In this document: piece after piece, positions 16,009 to 20,000 of the stretch | Numbering within the stretch: position 1 is the stretch's first letter | Layout: each line of letters begins with the position of its first letter | Virus record (IMG/VR): IMGVR_UViG_3300028629_000006 | Strand: one strand, 5' to 3' | Length of the DNA stretch: 20,000 nucleotides | Origin: an uncultured virus (IMG/VR IMGVR_UViG_3300028629_000006) | Taxonomy: Duplodnaviria > Heunggongvirae > Uroviricota > Caudoviricetes | The notes under the pieces: model-generated | The model's database searches: none | Seen by the model: the letters and a program-made list of their open reading frames with translations, nothing else | What the model was told of the DNA's origin: nothing | Program-made: the position numbers and the translations under genes

Positions 16009-16896
16009 CTACTTCGACGCCGCCTTGTCCGCAGGGGCCGCCGGAGCAGGCGGTTGATTGGCATCTGGCAATGGCGCTGGCTCTGGGTTATCGATTTGCG
16101 TCGGAGTTACCGAGGTCGCAGCGACATTCCAGGCGTCCAGCATCCAGTGCGGTAGCTGATCATGTCTTCTTACGGAGACTCTGGCGTTCGCATATGGCAT
16201 GTGTGGAAGCAGCACGGTTCGAACCATCAACGCTTCCGGAGTGACCTGGATCGGGGCGATGAGGTCCGGTGCAAGCGTGATGTTCTCGCGGCTTTGCATG
16301 TACAGAGGCACAAGGTAGTTCATGCCACCGAAGTACCAATAAGGCAGCTGCAAACCCCGATTCAGTGACCACTGGATTGCACCTGAAACCGCGCACATCT
16401 GCGATACGGGGGGCGTATCACCGAGAAACGGCACGCGACCTGCATTATCGCGAAGGATGTGGTCGTGCAACATCACGATTTCGACTCCTCGCGGGATCTC
16501 AGGTGGATTCGGGAGGTCCGGTGGCGTTGGAAGCGAAGGTGCCGAGACGTCTGAACCGCAGTGTACGCAGTAAAGTGGTTGCCGGCCCACGTTCGTGTTG
16601 CGCTCAAATACCAGGTACAATGGCGTTCCGTAGCGCGTTTGCAGGTGCCCAGCTGTAACGAAGAGTTGATTCTCGCTGGCAGTGAAGCGGTCTTGTTCGA
16701 TGCTCCACGCCACGTGAACAGCTAGGTATTTCTCAAGTACATAGAGGTCATTGCCCCAGTTCTCAGACAGTGCCGCGCGCGCCAAGTTCTCAAGCTGCAG
16801 ACGAGGAATATGAGCCATTCTGCGCAGGCGGGCGACCACTTCGTTAGTGTACGGGGACCCCATCGCTCCAAGCAGCTCTCCTTTTGGGACTGGCAT
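16009..16896 (-). CDS. DUF3825-like protein, accessory moron gene
   Basis: GGAGG RBS. Pattern LARAALSENW...LEKYL, HILRDNAGRVP, YLVPLY, RTVL...YANARV recalled as DUF3825. Lower GC and opposite strand relative to its neighbours. Confidence 0.65.
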   Translation of the reverse strand: MPVPKGELLGAMGSPYTNEVVARLRRMAHIPRLQLENLARAALSENWGNDLYVLEKYLAVHVAWSIEQDRFTASENQLFVTAGHLQTRYGTPLYLVFERNTNVGRQPLYCVHCGSDVSAPSLPTPPDLPNPPEIPRGVEIVMLHDHILRDNAGRVPFLGDTPPVSQMCAVSGAIQWSLNRGLQLPYWYFGGMNYLVPLYMQSRENITLAPDLIAPIQVTPEALMVRTVLLPHMPYANARVSVRRHDQLPHWMLDAWNVAATSVTPTQIDNPEPAPLPDANQPPAPAAPADKAASK

Positions 16897-16988
16897 GGCG
16901 CATCCTCCGTGCTGGCCAACGATGCTCGGAACAAGCGCGTAGATGTAAAGGGCTTGCAGACGACCGCGCTGTTCGACCGTGCATGCAG

Positions 16989-17016
16989 ATTATGGCCGGG
17001 CTTCGTCTTTCGTCAA
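16989..17016 (-). promoter_or_regulatory. Near-consensus sigma70 promoter for the moron
   Basis: Minus strand TTGACG-16 nt-CATAAT, about 90 nt upstream of ATG 16896. Confidence 0.65.
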
Positions 17017-17132
17017 CGGGCCTCGGTCCGGGGCCTCAACATAGGCTTCAATTTGTGCGCAAGGCGTTCCAAGTTCTACCGGTGTAACAATCGACCAGAA
17101 AATGACCCTCCCGCCGACGTTTCGCGCTTTCG

Positions 17133-17147
17133 CCGGGTAAGTAACGC
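17133..17147 (+). promoter_or_regulatory. Motif copy 2 (CCGGGTAAGTAACGC), candidate phage-sigma promoter of the head operon
   Basis: Identical to 1670-1684, 62 nt upstream of ATG 17210. Confidence 0.55.
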
Positions 17148-17209
17148 CCTGGCAGGTGGTACGCCCTGTTCCTCGTGGACCAGGACGGCCCGCCAGGGAG
17201 AGCCGTGCG

Positions 17210-17404
17210 ATGGGCAGAGATCTCGCCAACTCCATCCGCCGGAACGCAAGGGGCCCCAAGCGGGCCAAGGGCGACTCCGGGGAGATGGAGCAGCACTCCC
17301 TGAAGGAGCAGATCGAGGCCGACCGGTATCTGGCCTCGAAGGACGCGGCGCGCAATGGCCTGGGCGTGCGGCGTACCAAGATGGTCCCGCCGGGGGCTTG
17401 CTGA
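17210..17404 (+). CDS. Small head gene at the lambda gpW (head-tail joining) position, 64 aa
   Basis: GGGAG RBS. Lies between terminase and portal, with a TGATG overlap onto the portal start. Function inferred from position only. Confidence 0.65.
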   Translation: MGRDLANSIRRNARGPKRAKGDSGEMEQHSLKEQIEADRYLASKDAARNGLGVRRTKMVPPGAC

Positions 17405-18840
17405 TGGTCGCCACGGCCGCGGACCGGAAGTCGGTGGTGCTCTCGCACCGGAGGGCGGTGCCGGTGCGGCGCTTGCGCGCCCGGTTCGACTCGGCCGCGA
17501 CGACCGACGACAACCGCCGCCACTGGGCGAACGCGGACGCGCTTTCTCCGGACTCTGCGGCCAGCCCCGAGGTGCGCCGGACGCTGCGGATGCGCTGCCG
17601 TTACGAGATCGCCAACAACAGCTATGCCCGCGGGATCGTGCTGACGCTGGCCAACGACACGGTCGGCACCGGTCCGCGCCTGCAGATGCTCACCGATAAC
17701 GATGCCGGCAACAGCGAGGTCGAGCGGGAGTTCGACCGCTGGGCGCGGGCGGTGGGGCTGGCCGAGAAGCTCCGGACGATGCGGATGGCGCGGTGCCAGG
17801 ACGGCGAGGCGTTCGCCATCCTGGTCAACAACCCCGTCCTGGATCACCCGGTGAAGCTCGATCTGCGGTTGGTGGAGGCCGACCAGGTGACGAGCCCTTA
17901 CGGGGGCCTCTTGGACGCAACCGAGGTCGACGGCATCCAGTTGGACGAGTTCGGCAACCCTGTCGGCTACCGGGTGCTGGCCGAGCATCCTGGCGCGCTC
18001 TACCGGCGGCTCCGGGAGGAGTACTTCGCGATCCCGGCGTCGCACATGATCCACGTCTTCCGTTAGGACCGCCCCGGGCAGCACCGGGGGCTGCCGGAGA
18101 TCATGCCGGCGCTGCCGCTCTTCGCGCAACTGCGGCGTTTCACGCTGGCGGTGATCGCGGCGGCGGAGGCGGCGGCCGACTTCGCGGGGGTGCTCTACAC
18201 CGACGCGCCGGCCAACGGGGAGGCCGACCAGGTCGAGCCGATGGACAGCATCGAGCTCGAGCGCAACATGCTGCTGACCATGCCCGGCGGCTGGAAGATG
18301 GCTCAGGTCGAGCCGATGCAGCCGGCGACGACCTATGCGGAGTTCAAGCACGAGATCCTGAACGAGATCGCGCGGTGTCTGAACATCCCGTTCAACGTCG
18401 CCGCGGGGAACTCCTCGGGCTACAACTACGCCTCCGGCCGTCTCGACCACCAGACCTACTTCAAGTCGATCCGCGTCGACCAGGCGTTCACCGCCGGCCG
18501 GGTGCTCGACCGTGTGCTGGCCGCCTGGCTCTGGGAGTACGCGCTGGCCGTGGGCGCGGTGGACTATGTGCCCGCGCAGGGCCTGGAGCGCATTCTGCCG
18601 GACCACCAGTGGTTCTGGGACGGCCAGGAGCACGTGGACCCGGCGAAGGAGGCGACGGCGCAGGAGACGCGCCTGCGGAACTACACGACCACCCTGGCGA
18701 ACGAGTTCGCGCGGCAGGGGAAAGACTGGGAGGCCGAGCTTCGGCAGCGTTCGCGGGAGAAGGCGCTGATGAAGGAGCTTGGCTTGAGCGAGGCCGCCGC
18801 GGCGCCCGCTTGGGGAGGGAGCAATGCCCTACCCGAGTGA
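17404..18840 (+). pseudogene. Lambda-type portal protein gene interrupted by an in-frame TAG at 18064-18066 (codon 221 of 478)
   Basis: LRMRCRYEIANNSYARG, DGEAF, DGIQLDEFGNPVGY, then HVFR*DRPGQHRGLP, NYASGRLD, VDPAKE. Both halves are in the same frame. Confidence 0.85.
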
Positions 18841-20000
18841 GCATGCCGCGCGGCTGGCCGACCCGGCCAAGTACGTCCAGTTCCGGCGGGAGAACGACAA
18901 GTTCGGCCCGGGGATCGACGTGGTCTGGGGCATCACCCGGGACGGGAAGGTGGAGATCCAGGCGATCCGGTTCGACGCGGCGAAGTACACCGCGGACGAG
19001 GCCAAGGCCTGGCTGAAGGACCACGGGCACAAGCCCATCCTCTTCGAGCCCGCCGCCGACAAGGCCCAGGGTGCCGCCGACGAGTTCGTGATGGTCGAGG
19101 CCGCGGGCGAGGCCGGGCGGCTCCGCGTCATGGGCGTGGCCTACTCGGGCGGCAAGATGCGGCTGCCCGGCTGGCGCTTCCCGGTGGTCGTGGACCTCTC
19201 GGGGCTCGCCATCCCGGAGAGCGTGCCGCTTCTGACCAACCACGACAACCGCACCGGCAGCCGGGTGGGCATGGTCCGGGGCCGGGTGGAGGACAGCGCC
19301 CTGGTGATCGAGGGGGAAATCCTCTCCTCGAGCGGTCAGGCGCAGGGGATCGTGGAGCAGGCCCGGGCCGGAGCGGACTGGCAGCTCTCCATCGGCGCCG
19401 AGGTCGTGGACTCGGAGCTGGTCCGCGGGAGCCGGTCGGTCAACGGCCAGGTGCAGGACGGTCCCTTCTACCACGTGAAGAAGTCGATTCTGCGGGAGGT
19501 GTCGGTCGTCGCCGTGGGCGCGGACGCCTCAACGCGGCTGAAGCTCGCGGCAAGGTTCAACCTGTACGGAGGGAAGGCGATGGAGTTCGAGAAGTGGCTG
19601 GAAGAGCACGGGATCGAGGCCGAGGGCCTCGGCGAGGAGCGGCTGGCGGTGCTGAAGGCCGCCTTCGAAAAGGGCGAGGAGCCTCCGGCTGCCGCCCAGA
19701 CCTCGGCGGGCAAGACTGACCCGGCCGAGGGCCGGAAGCCTGAGGCGAAGGCGCCCCAGGCGCCGGCAAAGGCTGCGGCTGCCGGCGACGGCGCGGCCGA
19801 GGGGCCGTCCGGGCCGCGCACCGTCACCGCGGCTGCGCCTTCCGCCCGGGAGGCGGCCGAGGGGGCCGTGGCCGCGGAGCGCGAGCGCGTGGCCGCGATC
19901 CAGGAGGTCTGCGCCGGGGAGTTCCCCAAGATCGAGCGGGAGGCGATCCGCTCCGGCTGGGGCGTCGAGGAGACGAGCCAGAAGGTGCTGAAGGCGATGC
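18824..20000 (+). CDS. Prohead protease/scaffold protein (possibly fused to the major capsid), 3'-truncated by the window
   Basis: Not in the ORF track because it has no stop. GGAGGG RBS and ATG 18824 (MPYPSEHAARL...). Motifs PLLTNHD, WQLSIGA, LREVSVVAVGAD, then an Ala/Pro/Glu linker and AERERVAAI coiled coil. Confidence 0.85.
   Translation, partial: MPYPSEHAARLADPAKYVQFRRENDKFGPGIDVVWGITRDGKVEIQAIRFDAAKYTADEAKAWLKDHGHKPILFEPAADKAQGAADEFVMVEAAGEAGRLRVMGVAYSGGKMRLPGWRFPVVVDLSGLAIPESVPLLTNHDNRTGSRVGMVRGRVEDSALVIEGEILSSSGQAQGIVEQARAGADWQLSIGAEVVDSELVRGSRSVNGQVQDGPFYHVKKSILREVSVVAVGADASTRLKLAARFNLYGGKAMEFEKWLEEHGIEAEGLGEERLAVLKAAFEKGEEPPAAAQTSAGKTDPAEGRKPEAKAPQAPAKAAAAGDGAAEGPSGPRTVTAAAPSAREAAEGAVAAERERVAAIQEVCAGEFPKIEREAIRSGWGVEETSQKVLKAM

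Larger units (their letters stand above)
1..20000. mobile_element. Internal part of a temperate tailed-phage prophage (replication, packaging and head modules). No att site or integrase in the window.
   Basis: Contiguous exonuclease/Sak4/SSB/RusA/helicase/primase, ParB-MTase, terminase, portal and prohead protease genes with overlapping stop and start codons. Confidence 0.95.

Noticed and set aside
16810..17403. N-terminal 198 aa of the 418-aa ORF in the track
   Set aside because: Crosses the moron start, promoters and the gpW-position gene. Portal-like sequence begins at ATG 17404.
18103..18840. Independent 245-aa gene
   Set aside because: It is the in-frame C-terminal half of the portal. 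The break lies inside a conserved motif.
1..20000. Phage-wide TAG reassignment (genetic code 15)
   Set aside because: TAG ends the helicase (after EEIPF), DUF1599-like, MTase, Zn-ribbon, HARE-HTH, 11381 and moron genes at natural ends. TerL and the protease contain no internal TAG.

Overview
A GC-rich prophage segment, almost all on the + strand, running from regulatory and replication genes into DNA packaging and head genes. The order is: partial HTH protein, hypothetical, phage sigma factor, hypothetical, PD-(D/E)XK exonuclease, Sak4-like AAA ATPase, DUF669 SSB-like protein, RusA, SF2 helicase, and Prim-Pol primase with an ATPase domain. An iteron-like repeat cluster and a lambda-like cos candidate follow, then a DUF1599-like protein and a ParB-DNA methyltransferase. 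An oppositely oriented six-gene cassette of small proteins precedes the terminase genes, a NrdR-like Zn ribbon, a low-GC antisense moron (DUF3825-like), a small head gene, a lambda-type portal and a protease/scaffold gene that runs off the end. The portal is split by one in-frame TAG (18064-18066). A 15-bp motif (CCGGGTAAGTAACGC) lies upstream of both the replication operon and the head operon and is a candidate promoter for the phage sigma factor. Family names come from motif recognition and recall, not database searches. The gene order recalls prophages of Planctomycetota-like hosts, but that is inference only.
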